Assembly: GCA_951406725.2 (NCBI GenBank)
Contig: OX597825.1
Span: 75,392,001 to 75,456,000, forward strand
Direction: 5' to 3'
Source of the DNA: Octopus vulgaris
Lineage: Eukaryota
Length of the DNA stretch: 64,000 nucleotides
Under the pieces are notes generated by a model. That model saw only the letters and a list, made by a program, of their open reading frames with translations, did not search any database and was not told the origin of the DNA. A program made the position numbers and the translations under genes. This document shows, piece after piece, positions 41,001 to 52,956 of this stretch. The stretch's first letter is position 1. Each line of letters begins with the position of its first letter.

Positions 41001-43234
41001 TAATCCGTGGTACCTGTATGAGTTAGGGTCGAACATGTCACAGGCCTGGGTAAGCATTTTTGTGAAAGCTGTAGTCACCTATGCATGCAAGTCTTCTCTC
41101 CATGTCAGTGTTGTTGAAGAGACAAGCCTGTAACTTTAGGTCCACTACAGCTTAGTACCAGTGATATCACAGGTGTTGCCATTCTAAAGAAAAATGTGGG
41201 AACAGATATTGCAAGGCATCTTGTATGACATTCTAACAGTTTTGCTAGTCCATTACCCTAAACCAATCCTTCTTTTTTATCGACCCTGAAAGGATGAAAG
41301 ACAAGATTGATCTTGGCAAGATTTTAACTCTGAACACAAAGAATAAATACCATAAGACCATTCTAGCAAATGCTCTGGTAACTCTGTCAATTCAGCATCT
41401 TTTTGTCACCAAAGAACTTTGTGAAATAATTGTCATTAAGTGTTTGGAACGTAAATTAATAGATTTTTATGGCAGTTTTTTCTTATATTTAAAACAGTTT
41501 GTATCGGAACCAGGAATAGTTTTTGACAGGTTTATATCAAAAGGGTTAATGTCAATGAGGTAAACATAACTTTTACATAAGTAAATCTTGCTCTAGGGTG
41601 ATAAGAAGCTTGCCACCCAACCCTGTGGTTCCAGGTTCAGTTCTACTGCACAACACCTTGTGCAAGTCTCTATTATAGCCCTAGGATAACCAAAACCTTT
41701 GTGGATTTGGTAAATGAACACTTTTTGGTTCCCCTCACATCAGTTGAGAACAAGTGTTAGTGTGTTTATGTCCACCTAACTTATAAGTACAAAGCTTAAA
41801 AATAAGTACTGAGATAAATTGACTAAACCCTTCAACACAGTGCCCCAGTATGGCCACTGTCCAAAGACTGAAACAAGAGAAAAGATAGGATTACACTCTA
41901 ACCCAGTGCTTTTCAACCTTTTTGCTGGAGCGGAACCCCAAGGAAACATTCCACTGGCTCGAGGAACCCCTGCGCAATAATTTAATTGTCTTATGCACAC
42001 ATATCTGCACAGGAGAATTAAAAATTACTGTCGATTTTTAGCAGTTTTGTAACTTTTTGCGGAACCCCTGGAATGTACTGGCAGAACCCTAAGGTTCCGT
42101 GGAACCCTGGTTGAAAACCACTGCTCTAACCTCTTGGATTTTATTTTACTTTTGTTTTGCAGAACAATGAAATAGCCATTACTTTAGCTCGCCATGTTGC
42201 AAAGCAAGCGCAAGAAACCATTCATCTTATTTCGTCCAACTTACCAGAAACTCCAGATATTGTTAAGCAACTCATGAAAGAGTCTCAACAATACAGTCAG
42301 AACCTCTACACAACGATACAGAATGTAAGTTATTTCACCAATTGGATATTCGCCTTATTGTTATAGTTCATGTCCGAGTTTGATGCCTGGTGGTGTGTTG
42401 TCCTTGAGCAAGACCATTTACTCCAGTCCACTCAACTAGCAAAAATGAGTAGTGCTTGTATTTTAAAGAGCCAGCCTTGTCACATTGTGTCTTACTGAAT
42501 TGCATGTCTGTGGAGTACTCTGCCACTTGCATGTTGATTTCATAAGAGGCTGTTCTGTTTGATCAGATCAATTGGGTACAGTTTGTTATAACCAGTAATG
42601 CCAATTACAGTTTGTGCAATTTTCTGAAATTGAAAGAACTTCAAACTTGAATCTAATTTTATTTTATTGTACTGTTTCAGACTGAATCCATCAAAGATAT
42701 TTCTTCAACACTGTACCACAAAACAACAGAGTCCCTTCTTGGTTTACAACAAATATTCCAGACTTTACTGAAAACACCTTTATCTTACATAGTAAGTAAA
42801 CTCTTAACCATTCTGTTACCATATTTGTTGAAATATGCTGTCTTTGTTTCAATTAATTTTGAAAATCATTAAGCTGTTATCTGGAACATATGAAATTTTG
42901 GAAGATTTTTTTTAGGTCACTTTTAAATAAGAAATTTGTATTCTAGAATCGGGGTGAGGTCGCAGAAGGGTTGGTATCAAAAGGGTTAAACAAAGGAAAA
43001 ATTTGAAATTGGAACAAGCAACAGTGCTTGACTAATCTCATTGTTCTTTTGGTGCCAATAGGGGCTGTAATTTTCATGCTAAACCTTAATTTTTTTAATG
43101 AATTCAAAATCAAACACGATTACATTTTTTCTTTAATCTAGACATCACTTCCAAAATCTGAAGAAATCGAGATGACACCTGTAAATCCTTCCTCACCTGA
43201 AGAAACAAAAACTGAAGAATCATCTACAAAATAA
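33778..43234 (+). CDS. PLIN2: Perilipin family lipid-droplet protein (perilipin-2-like), 424 aa; exons 33778-34000, 35801-35883, 36569-36625, 37218-37473, 38642-38796, 40573-40707, 42163-42324, 42681-42791, 43142-43234
   Basis: PAT domain: FVKRFSSIPVIESTWTQLSAYYNKAKEYN..AQPVLDKYQPQINAADNFACNQLDKLEEKCPAIKKTPQQI; later SEDALDKYLP and ARVGNISLKLKKRVY motifs. All introns GT-AG with compatible phases; 1275 nt including TAA. The family is clear, but orthology to a specific vertebrate paralogue is not resolved. Confidence 0.92.
34676..35168 (-). mobile_element. SINE family A with expanded (CA/TA) microsatellite
   Basis: Same head and tail as 336-818. Confidence 0.8.
36802..37013. mobile_element. 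TTAA-flanked piggyBac-like MITE family 2, nested in a family 1 remnant
   Basis: TTAA|CCCTTTAGCATT...AATGCTAAAGGG|TTAA; other copies at ~5292-5523, ~18150-18373, ~38840-39041 and 45737-45955. Confidence 0.7.
39727..39958 (-). mobile_element. SINE family B with TSD
   Basis: TSD TTAACCCTTTTAATA on both sides. Confidence 0.85.
41904..42123. mobile_element. hAT (Charlie-like) MITE with perfect 8-bp TSD
   Basis: CTCTAACC|CAGTGCTTTTCAACC...GGTTGAAAACCACTG|CTCTAACC. Confidence 0.85.
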
Positions 43235-43904
43235 ACAAATTAATAAAATCCATTTTCTTTTTTGTCTGTGGCAAATGTGAAAATGGTAGAAATGGAATTT
43301 GGGGGAAAAACATTCACTCTGAAACCAGTTTGCCCTTTTCTCAATGTTATATTGTTTAAACTTTTTGTCATAAACAATTCTACAGGGTGATTAACACGTC
43401 TCTTCTTACCAGTTAAATACTATATAAAATTCTTACAATTGTGTTTGTATATTTAGTAATTAATTAATCTCGTCAAAAGATAATGGTCATTGTCCTAAAA
43501 GAAAAAAAAGCCTGCTCTAATGATAGTTCTGGTTGTCTGGACATCCTGAGTCCAAATGATCATGGTGATACAAGTATTTGACTCTATAAACAGCAGAGCA
43601 AATAGACTTGCTATCCTGGAATCCCAGAATCATGGCAGTCATTGTGGTCCAAGGGGGGTGGAGGGTAATGAATGTAGTTCCGGTAGTTAATAGCAATGGT
43701 GATGAGTTGGGAGGGGTTAGAAGATGAAACTTTCAATAAGAAACTTGATTGAGCTCAGTTGTGAACCAGTTTATAAATGCTAAAAGGATTTGTAAATTAC
43801 CCTGTAGTTTTAGTCTTTCTTCTACCTAATTATACTTTTTCATGAGCAATTAGTTAAGATTATACTTAATAAAATATAATATAACACTGCTATCATTTTA
43901 TACA

Positions 43905-43910
43905 AATAAA
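43905..43910 (+). terminator. Candidate perilipin poly(A) signal
   Basis: AATAAA followed by a U/GU-rich tract; alternative AATAAA hexamers at ~43242 and ~43868. Confidence 0.4.
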
Positions 43911-43983
43911 AGCTATTTTGTTACTGTATTTCTTCAGTTATTTTTTTGTAACATTTGAATAATTTTCATAATGTATTATTGCT

Positions 43984-44012
<29 letters not shown>

Positions 44013-44014
<2 letters not shown>

Positions 44015-44238
44015 AATTAAATTGGAGATAAAACCACTATTAGGCAGATCAAACAGTGAAAAACATAAACCAAAACATAGAAATTTAAATTTTATATTAA
44101 TTTTATTTCTATTTTGTATATTATATATAATTTAAATTTCATATATTTTGTATATCATATTAATTTTATTTCTATGTTTTGGTTTGTTTTTCACTGTTTG
44201 ATTTGCCTAATAGTGGTTTTATCGCCTAATTTAATTTA
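44013..44238. repeat. Inverted repeat with ~72-bp arms
   Basis: GATAAAACCACTATTAGGCAGATCAAACAGTGAAAAAC versus GTTTTTCACTGTTTGATTTGCCTAATAGTGGTTTTATC. Confidence 0.8.
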
Positions 44239-45736
44239 TATTTATACTGTAAAATTAGATTTAATCCTAAATCTAATTTTCCCTGTAAGTTTGGATTTAC
44301 TCCCTTATATATCATCATCATCGTTTAGCATCCGCTTTCCATGCTGGCATGGGTTGGACGGTGCAACTGGGGGTCTGGGAAGCCAGAAGGCTGCACCAGG
44401 CCCAGTCTGATCTGGCAATGTTTCTACGGCTGGATGCCCTTCATAACGCCAACCACTCCATGAGTGTAGTGGGTGCTTTTTACGTGCCACCGGCATCTCC
44501 TGTTCTTACATACTGTAACTGCAAAATCATTTTGTTTTCTAATTTTGGCATTTCTTAGTTAAATCTGATTATACAATTCACAAGTAGGTAATTGCTAAGT
44601 TGAATGTGTCCTGGTTTTATTAATTTCTTTTTCCATGATTGATAATTCAATGGGGCATACTCTCTTCAGCTGGAGCTCTATCTTTCTCTCACTAAACCTT
44701 CACTTGTTTCCAAGAGAGAGATGATAATTTCCCAGTCTACCATACAATAACCAGCCTGAACATGTGAAAGACTGGAGGCAAACTATTAATGAACCTTTTG
44801 CTTGCAAAGATTGTACATGCCAAGAAGCCTAGACATGCTTTTGCAACATTGACTTTGGATAGGCCAAAGCCTTGTGAATGAAATTAAGTGGACAAAAACT
44901 GTGTAGAAGTAGAAATGGTCGGTGAATTGGAGCATGAACAAAAATACCTTTTATTTAGCCTGAGTAAGGTGCCAAGTTAACAATAGTTGACATGCTTAGT
45001 GGCATTTCATCTGTCTTTATTTTGAGTTCAAATTCTGATGTTGACTATGCTTTTTATCCTTCTGGGATCAATCAAATAAGGACCAGTTGGACACTGGGGG
45101 ATGATGTAACTGACATACACCTGTCCCATTAATTGCCGGCCTTGTGTCAAAACTTGAAATCAATATTTAGTCTGAGTTATGTACCGTCTATACCAAAGGG
45201 GAAAATATTTAGTCTTAAGTACCATTCTAAATGATGTAAGGGGCAGGGTGTGTGAAAAACTAAGTTCAATTAAGCAAAACCCTTGAAAGCAGTTCCCTAG
45301 TATGGCCCACAAACTAAAAATAACTAAATAAAATACAGTGTTAAGCTGACCCAATGTATAGGAACTAAAGCCCCAAACTAAGACTAGAGATGAGGAAGAA
45401 ATGTAGAAGTCTTGTGTCCTTGGAGTAATGAAAAAGAGGGACTTAAATACTAAGTATTTTAAGTTTAGCACCAAATCTGCTCTGATCCAGCAGAAACTAA
45501 TCAAGTTTTGCAGCCACAACCTGCAAGCTAATGTCGACCATTCACTCCTCAAACACACAGTTTTAAATTAAAACAGATAAGATGATTTGGTTGCTATTTC
45601 CAGCACATTGAGAAATTGCAAAGAATCTTTGTGGCATTTTGTTCTAGGTCTGTTTTCCTATGCTAGCATGGGTTGAATGAATACTTAGCAAGGCACTTCT
45701 ACAGCCAGATGCTCTTCCTGTCACTTACTTTTCAAG

Positions 45737-45955
45737 TTAACCCTTTAGCATTTAAACCGGCCAGAAGTATTCTGCTTGCTTTATGTTCAGACTGGCCAGA
45801 TCTGGTCTCTCACACCAACCCTACAATGTCATTTTAAAAATTAACAGCTACCTCATCAAAATCTCATAGCCAAAAGATAATGCATGATTAGTTCAAAACG
45901 ATGTGGATAAAAAAGGATTAATTTTGGCAGAATAATACGAACACTAAAGGGTTAA
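45737..45955. mobile_element. piggyBac-like MITE family 2
   Basis: TTAA|CCCTTTAG...CTAAAGGG|TTAA. Confidence 0.7.
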
Positions 45956-46795
45956 AGGATTTTTACATTCCACTTTCTTTCAAAAGTACAAGCTACAAAG
46001 GGATTTTGTCACAGCTTTTGCAAAGACACAGAATAGACTAACACATATAACGTGTCCAGCTTCTATAGTTTCTAATTCTATTCACAAGGCATTGTTTAGT
46101 CAAAGGCTGTGGTAGAAGATGCTTGCTCAAAGTGTTATGCTGTGAGATAGAGCTTAAAACCATCTGGTTACAAAGCTAACAGTAACCACACGGCCATGAC
46201 TGCCTGTTATTAGCGGGTAGTACACTCTAAGTGCATCAGGTCACTATGAGTTTTCTCCCTTGCAGTAACGGGGGAGGGGGGAATAAGTCTAAAGAAAATG
46301 CAATGTGCTAAAGATGAGGGGGAAAAAATCATTTTACTTGCCAATGGAAGCTATACTTTTGTTGCTATATCAGGAAATATAGCATATATATTCCAATAAT
46401 TGTCCTTTCTACTTTAAGAACAAGGCCTGAAATTTTGGGGTAGAGAGCTCGTGGATTACATTGAGTCTCAGAGTTCAGCTAGTACTTATTGCACTGACCA
46501 GGTCACAAAAGCAAAGTTTGAAGGGAATTAGTAGTAATTTCCTTTGATTTTCTAGATAGAAACAAATAGGAAGTAACACTTACTTATCAAAGACAAATTC
46601 ATCATTTTGCTATTACTATTTTCTATCTTTTATATTGACCCCCCCCCCCCCAAAAAAAAAGATGAAAGTCAAAGTTGACCTCATAGAATTTGAACACAAA
46701 ACAAAGATAGATGATATGCCACTAAGCATTTTGTCTAGTGTGCAAACAATCCTGCCAGCATAATTAAACTTAAAATATTAGCAACCGAGATAGTA

Positions 46796-47023
46796 TTAAC
46801 CCTTTTGTTACTGTATTTATTTTGAGATGCTCTGTGTTTCTTTCAATTACTTTAAATATGATAAAGAATTTAGTAAAATAACTTAGTTATCATTAAGCTA
46901 ATATTAGGAACATAAATTGTGACTAAGGTTTGGTGGAAGATTTACATTCAAAACTTATGAAAACAAGACATTTGTACTCAGAGCCAGATCCGGTTTCAGT
47001 CGGGTTGGTATTGAAAGGGTTAA
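46796..47023. mobile_element. piggyBac-like MITE family 1
   Basis: TTAA|CCCTTTTG...GAAAGGG|TTAA; matches 2160-2388. Confidence 0.7.
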
Positions 47024-47024
47024 T

Positions 47025-47690
47025 ATCCTGTGAAAGAGATGAAAAGTGGAATGGCTATTGGGAAGTGACTGCAGATTTACCTGCGTGCCAGGGGTTCTTT
47101 CCCATCCCAGTTACGAAAAAACCGGACATTTTGATGTGGTGTGAAAGAAGGAAAGTTGTAAATCTAGTCGAGTAAACAGTTCCTTGTAAAGATAACACGG
47201 AGGCTGCTTGGGCTCGAAAGATTGACCATTATGTAAACCTCCTTGAGGAATGTGAAGATGAATGCTGGAAAGCAGAGCATTTTCCAATCGAAGTCGGATG
47301 TAGAGGGTTTGTTGGACACAGTGTGAGACGACTGTTGTTATCGATAGGCCTAACTCATCATAAAGTCAATATCACCATGACCGATATCCAAACTACAGTG
47401 GAGAAGGCTGGCTACTGGATTTGGTTAAAAAGAGATGATGAGCGATGGTTAGAAGAATATTGAGCTTTATTTGATAAACAGCTGATCTAGCAAGCAGGTC
47501 CTCATATCAGTGAGGGCCAGTGCAAATTGATGCCGTTGAGAGGTAGGCGCCAAAACGGCAATCATTCTCTCCTGATGACCCCATACACTTGCTGGCTTCC
47601 GGTATGCAGAGTTCTTGACTGGTAGCACTTGCATGTGCAAGTTGTTTGCAAGACATCGAGAAGTAATATTTATCTCCACTTAAACGTGGG
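47025..47690 (+). mobile_element. HERO-like (restriction-like endonuclease) non-LTR retrotransposon 3' fragment, pseudogenised
   Basis: Frame to 47463 reads KKPDILMW..VNLVE*TVPCKDNTEAAWARKIDHY..HFPIEVGCRGFVG..TVEKAGYWIWLKRDD (PD..ELTVP..RK..Y..PxEVGxRGF..WIWxKR motifs) with one in-frame stop. Confidence 0.8.
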
Positions 47691-49871
47691 TGTTCTGTTA
47701 GAACAAACTATACTGTGGTAGTTAACACGAGAGAAGCTCTCATACTGACTTCTGGTGCAACTTTTATCAAATTTCTTGGTACTTGAACAAAAAGAAATAT
47801 ATTTATTACCTTAAAGCAAAATTAAATAAAACACATTTTTCATTTTTGTTTTAAAACAGAACATTCTCCACGAGGGTTGATAACCATGGGTGACAAGCCA
47901 TCCATAGAAAATAGGATTCCAAAGAATTGTTAATTATCAAATGATAAAACTAACTCTACAAGGTCTTGCTTAGCTTCAATAATAAGAATTAAGGTCAACT
48001 TTAAGCCTTTTGATGCCATATTTTTACTAAAGTCATCACCTTCATTTAATGTCTGTTTTTCCAAGCTCACATGGGTTGAACAATTCATGGATGCAGATTT
48101 TTCTAGAACCAGAAGCCTTTTTAGTCACCAACTTGTACCTGCTTCCATCTGTCTGTCTGTCCCCATGCCTGTTATTGTGTTGATGTCCCAAAAAACCTCA
48201 GTATTTCATAATATACAACAGGAAGCAGTATCAAATTAATATAGCCATTTATGTATCATACTCTATGTAAGTAATCACCGAAAGGCAATTTACTGCAGCA
48301 TTTGTCCAGAAATAACATCTTGTATGGAGTGCTGTGTTTAAAAAACCCACAATGTATTGGAGGGAGGTAAAAATCATGCCAGCAGCAGCTAACGAGAACA
48401 TCAGAGGCACTTTGGCCTCATTAAGCCTTCTCAATGACATGTTCTCGCTGCCAAAAACATGCCTAGACAAGATGTGTCACCATTAGTATTTAAGAACAGT
48501 GTATTTGCTTATATATTATAAGTAATGTATTTGCAGTTATTTTACTGGTTGAGTGAACATGTATATCATTGAGATAAGTAGCAGAGTTAAGAACATACTT
48601 CTTAGGGTTGATATGATCAACAAAAAACCTTGACAATAAATTGAGAATTGCAAAAAAGCAAAATAAAAGAACTGCCAAGCAATAAGTAGAAAATCAATGA
48701 ATTATAAGAGTCTTATTTAATATAAACAGATTTATTTTACATCCATTATTTTTATCTTGAAAACATGTTTTACCTTTTAGTTTTTAGACGAATTGTTTTT
48801 ATGGCTGAATGTTGTAGTTTTTTCTACCACAAACAACTCATCTCTGAAGTAGGAAAATAACCCAAGGCAGAGAGCTGTCTGCCACCCTGGAGAGAACACT
48901 ATAGCTGTTGTAAGATTTGAACACACTATATATGTGTGTGTGTGTGTGTATGTAAATATATATTTATGTCTGTGTGTGAATATATGTATATAGAGACATG
49001 TATGTATGGTTTGTATGTATTTAGTAAACTTACCACCCAAAAGAGACCAAATTATTGAAAGTCTTTAATGCCTTTAGTTTGTTTATAGGCTGTCAGGAGG
49101 AAGCATGAAGTGTTGTGCCCATAACCTTTTCAGACACATTTAGGGTCCTTGAGTTTAGTGATGTTCAATTTCATTAAACTAGTTGGAAGGGAGACCATTG
49201 CAAGAAGAATGTTTTAGAGAGATCTGGGGTATGAATTCCACTGTCTATTTAATAAAGGGTTTAATGATTAAATCAATGATAGATATAAGAAGGATAGAGA
49301 GAGGTGAGCACACATAGTTGGTATTGCTTCAAGTTTTGAAGAACAGAAGAGCAAGCAGAATCTGTGGCAGAAAGAGACCAGAGTGCAACAGAAGGGGTTC
49401 ATTTCAGGAAGTTTGAAGACAAATAGTTTTAACTTGACTTAAAAGTGAAGTCATTATATGTATGCATGCAGAGATAACAAACTAGTTAATAAGTAAATAT
49501 TTTGGAAATTATATAAAAATACAAATCCCAAATATTAATTTTATCAGTAAATATTGTTGAAAATAACAAATAATTTCGTTGGTAGTGGATAAGCCATAAG
49601 AATATATTTTATGAAAGTTTCTGAGGAGAGAGTAAAGAAGAAAAAAAAATTAAGAATTTAAAAAAATTAACATTATTGTTTGGTATTTTTCTTTATGTGT
49701 TCTTTGGAAATGAAAATAATGTAATGCATTTTTGTAAAAAAAACACAGAATAAAAAAAAATTAATGTACACTAATAATCTTATTGCAACACAATAAAATG
49801 GCTCTTAGACATTATGATTGTTAACAGAAACAGTAAAACATTGAAGCACCATGCAGTGGAACATATACATA

Positions 49872-49908
<37 letters not shown>

Positions 49909-50114
49909 TTAAATAGTTATATGTGTATCACTTCTACGACTGAAGTAACGTTTCTTTTATATAGGATGTCAACAAGAAGTTTGTAGATAGTTCTTCATTG
50001 CTTTACCATTACTGATGCAGCTGTTGTTGAATGCAATGGTCTTTGTAGAAGCTGTAGTGTTTGTTTCCTTCTGCATGATAAAGCTGAATGAACTTGCCAT
50101 AGGTTCAAGAGTCT

Positions 50115-52923
50115 TTAACCAAATAGTAACTTAACAACAATTGTGAGTACATTTAATCCAATCAGTGGAACTGAAAAAGAAAAATAAGAAGAATATAAAA
50201 AGCGTCGCCTCGACTGGCTTCTGTGCTGGTAGCACGTAAAAAACACCATCCGAATCGTGGCCGATGCCAGTGCTGCCTCGACTGACTTCCGTGCCGGTGG
50301 CACGTAAAATGCACTAATCCGACCGTGGCCGTTGCCTGGCACCTGTGCAGGTGGCACGTAAAAAGCACCCACTACACTCACGGAGTGGTTGGCGTTAGGA
50401 AGGGCATCCAGCTGTAGAAACACTGCCAGATCAGACTGGAGCCTGGTGCAGCCTTCTGGCTTCCCAGATCCCCGGTTGAACCGTCCAACCCATGCTAGCA
50501 TGGAGAACGGACGTATGATGATGATGATGATAAGCTGAGAAATAAATTTTTGAGAAAAAAAAAGTGTTTTGTTACAGAAAACAATTTAAAAAAAGTAATT
50601 TTTATTTTCAATATTTTCTTTCAAAATGTTATAATTTCAAATTTAGAGGGAAAAAAAATAAATAAAATAGCCAAATGGCTTTTTAGCGGGCATGGCTCTA
50701 TGATTGTGGTGGTGGTCATTTAAGAAGCTCACTTTGCAACTGTATGGTTTTGGGTTCAGTCTAATTGCACAGTATCTTAGGCAAGTGCGTTCAACTATAG
50801 ACCTGGAACAAACAATGACTTATGAGTGAATTTTTTAGATGGATACTGTGTGGAAGCCCAATCTACATGTGTGTGTGTGCATGAAAGTTTGTATGCTTGT
50901 GTGTCTTTTCGTTTGTCCACCATCACCATTTGATAACCAGGTTTGGTTTGTTTATTTCCCTGTAACTTAGAGGTAGAATAAGTACCAGATTTTAAAAAAA
51001 TACCTAAGTATTTGGGTTGATTTGTTTAATCGAAGCAGTACCTCAGTGTGGGCACAGTTCTATAACTGAATTAAATAAAAGGCGAAAGAATTAAAAATAA
51101 CGAGAGTAATTTTAATTCCAAGAATTTCTTTCATTCAGCAACATTATCATCATCGTCGTTTAACGTCCGTTCTCCATGCTAGCATGGGTTGATAATTATA
51201 ATAAAAATAGGTGCAGGAGTGGCTGTGTGGTAAGTAGCTTGCTTACCAACCACATGGTTCCGGGTTCAGTCCCACTGCGTGGCATCTTGGGCAAGTGTCT
51301 TCTACTATAGCCTCAAGCTGACCAAAGCCTTGTGAGTGGATTTGGTAGACGGAAACTGAAAGAAGCCCGTCGTATATATGTATATATATGTGTGTCTGTG
51401 TTTGTCCCCCCCCAACATCGCTTGACAACCGATGTTGGTGTGTTTACGTCCCCGTAACTTAGCAGTTCAGCAAAAGAGACTGATAGTACTAGGCTTACAA
51501 AGAATAAGTCCTGGGGGAGGGGTCGATTTCCTCGACGAAAGGCGGTGCTCCAGCATGCCGCAGTCAAATGACTGAAACAAGTAAAAGAGAAAAAGAAATA
51601 ATGGAGAAGAAAAACTGGAAGTAACACTTACTTTTCATCACTGTTCGTATTGCTCTCACAAGGTTAATTAGCTGCGCTTTTATGCCTGGTTGTTCACCGA
51701 AACCTCTTTGTTCTGCTGTACCCCAACCAACTGAAAGACGAAACAGCCAAGAGAAACTGTTGTCAATATCTTATGTGAGACAGCCTTGATAAAATAAGAT
51801 ACAACTGTGGTAAAATCAATCAACAGCTCCTTCTTGTACCAATGATGTTACAAATGAAAAAACATGTAATGACTAAGAAAGCAGATGACAAAATAGCGTG
51901 TGATACCTAGTTATCTCCCTTCACTCCTTACCTTATATGGCTTTACAGCTCAGCATCTAATGATTGACATTATTTTAAGTTTCATTCAACTCTTGTTAAA
52001 TTTGAATACACTCTTATGTTATTTACAGTGAGATAGATACTATACATAGAATTTACTTTGGTGCCAGCCGTAGAAACACTGCCAGATTTGACTGGGCCTG
52101 ATGAAGCCTTCTGGCTTCACAGACCCCAGTAGAACCGTCCAACCCATGCTAGCATGGAAAACGGACGCTAAACGATGATGATGATGATGATGATGTATAT
52201 ATATATATATATACGTATTTCAAAATAGAAAATTACCCTTTACCAGGTAATTTTTATATGCTAGAAATAGCAGCCAAACATGGTAAAAAACCACAATTTT
52301 ATAGCAAATTTCGAAGTAAATGAAAAATAAAAACCTAAGGTTTGGCTGCTATTTCTAGCATGTAAAAATTACCTGGTAAAGGGTAATTTTCTATTTTAAA
52401 ATACGAATATGTTGTCTATTGACTTTTTATACATGCGAGGCCACTGGTGGTGATATTTATAACGAGTATTCGCCACCCTATATATATATGTATATATATA
52501 TACATATATTTGTATAATTAATAAATAATGTAAAATTGTAATATCCGTAAGTTGATGAACGAGATGAATTTGTTTCTCCATTTTCTTATTTGTATTATGA
52601 ATTTACGGTAAAAATATTTTTACCTTCACCCATTTAATACAATAAATTAATTAATTGCATTGCAATTAAAAGCATTTATGTATTAAGAATTTGGGTACTT
52701 TACCAACAGTATATTGGATAACTGATATCCCATAGTGGGTTACATTCATAACCCCTATCTTACTTTGTACTATATATATATATCTCCAGTCATTGCCTCT
52801 GTGAGACACAATGTTCAAAGGACATGCTTCACCACCGCATCTCTTGTCTTCCTGGGTCTACCTCTTCCACAGGTTCCTTCTACAGTTAGGGAGTGGCACC
52901 TCCTCACACAGCTGTCTTCATTC

Positions 52924-52956
<33 letters not shown>

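Noticed and set aside
46569-46585. 17-bp identity (GGAAGTAACACTTACTT) with the IER3IP1 exon 2 donor region at 51617-51633
   Set aside because: No adjacent exon similarity; a match of this length is plausible by chance in AT-rich DNA.
48249-48470. 73-aa minus-strand ORF downstream of IER3IP1
   Set aside because: No recognisable family motif, non-ATG start and no clear splice sites.
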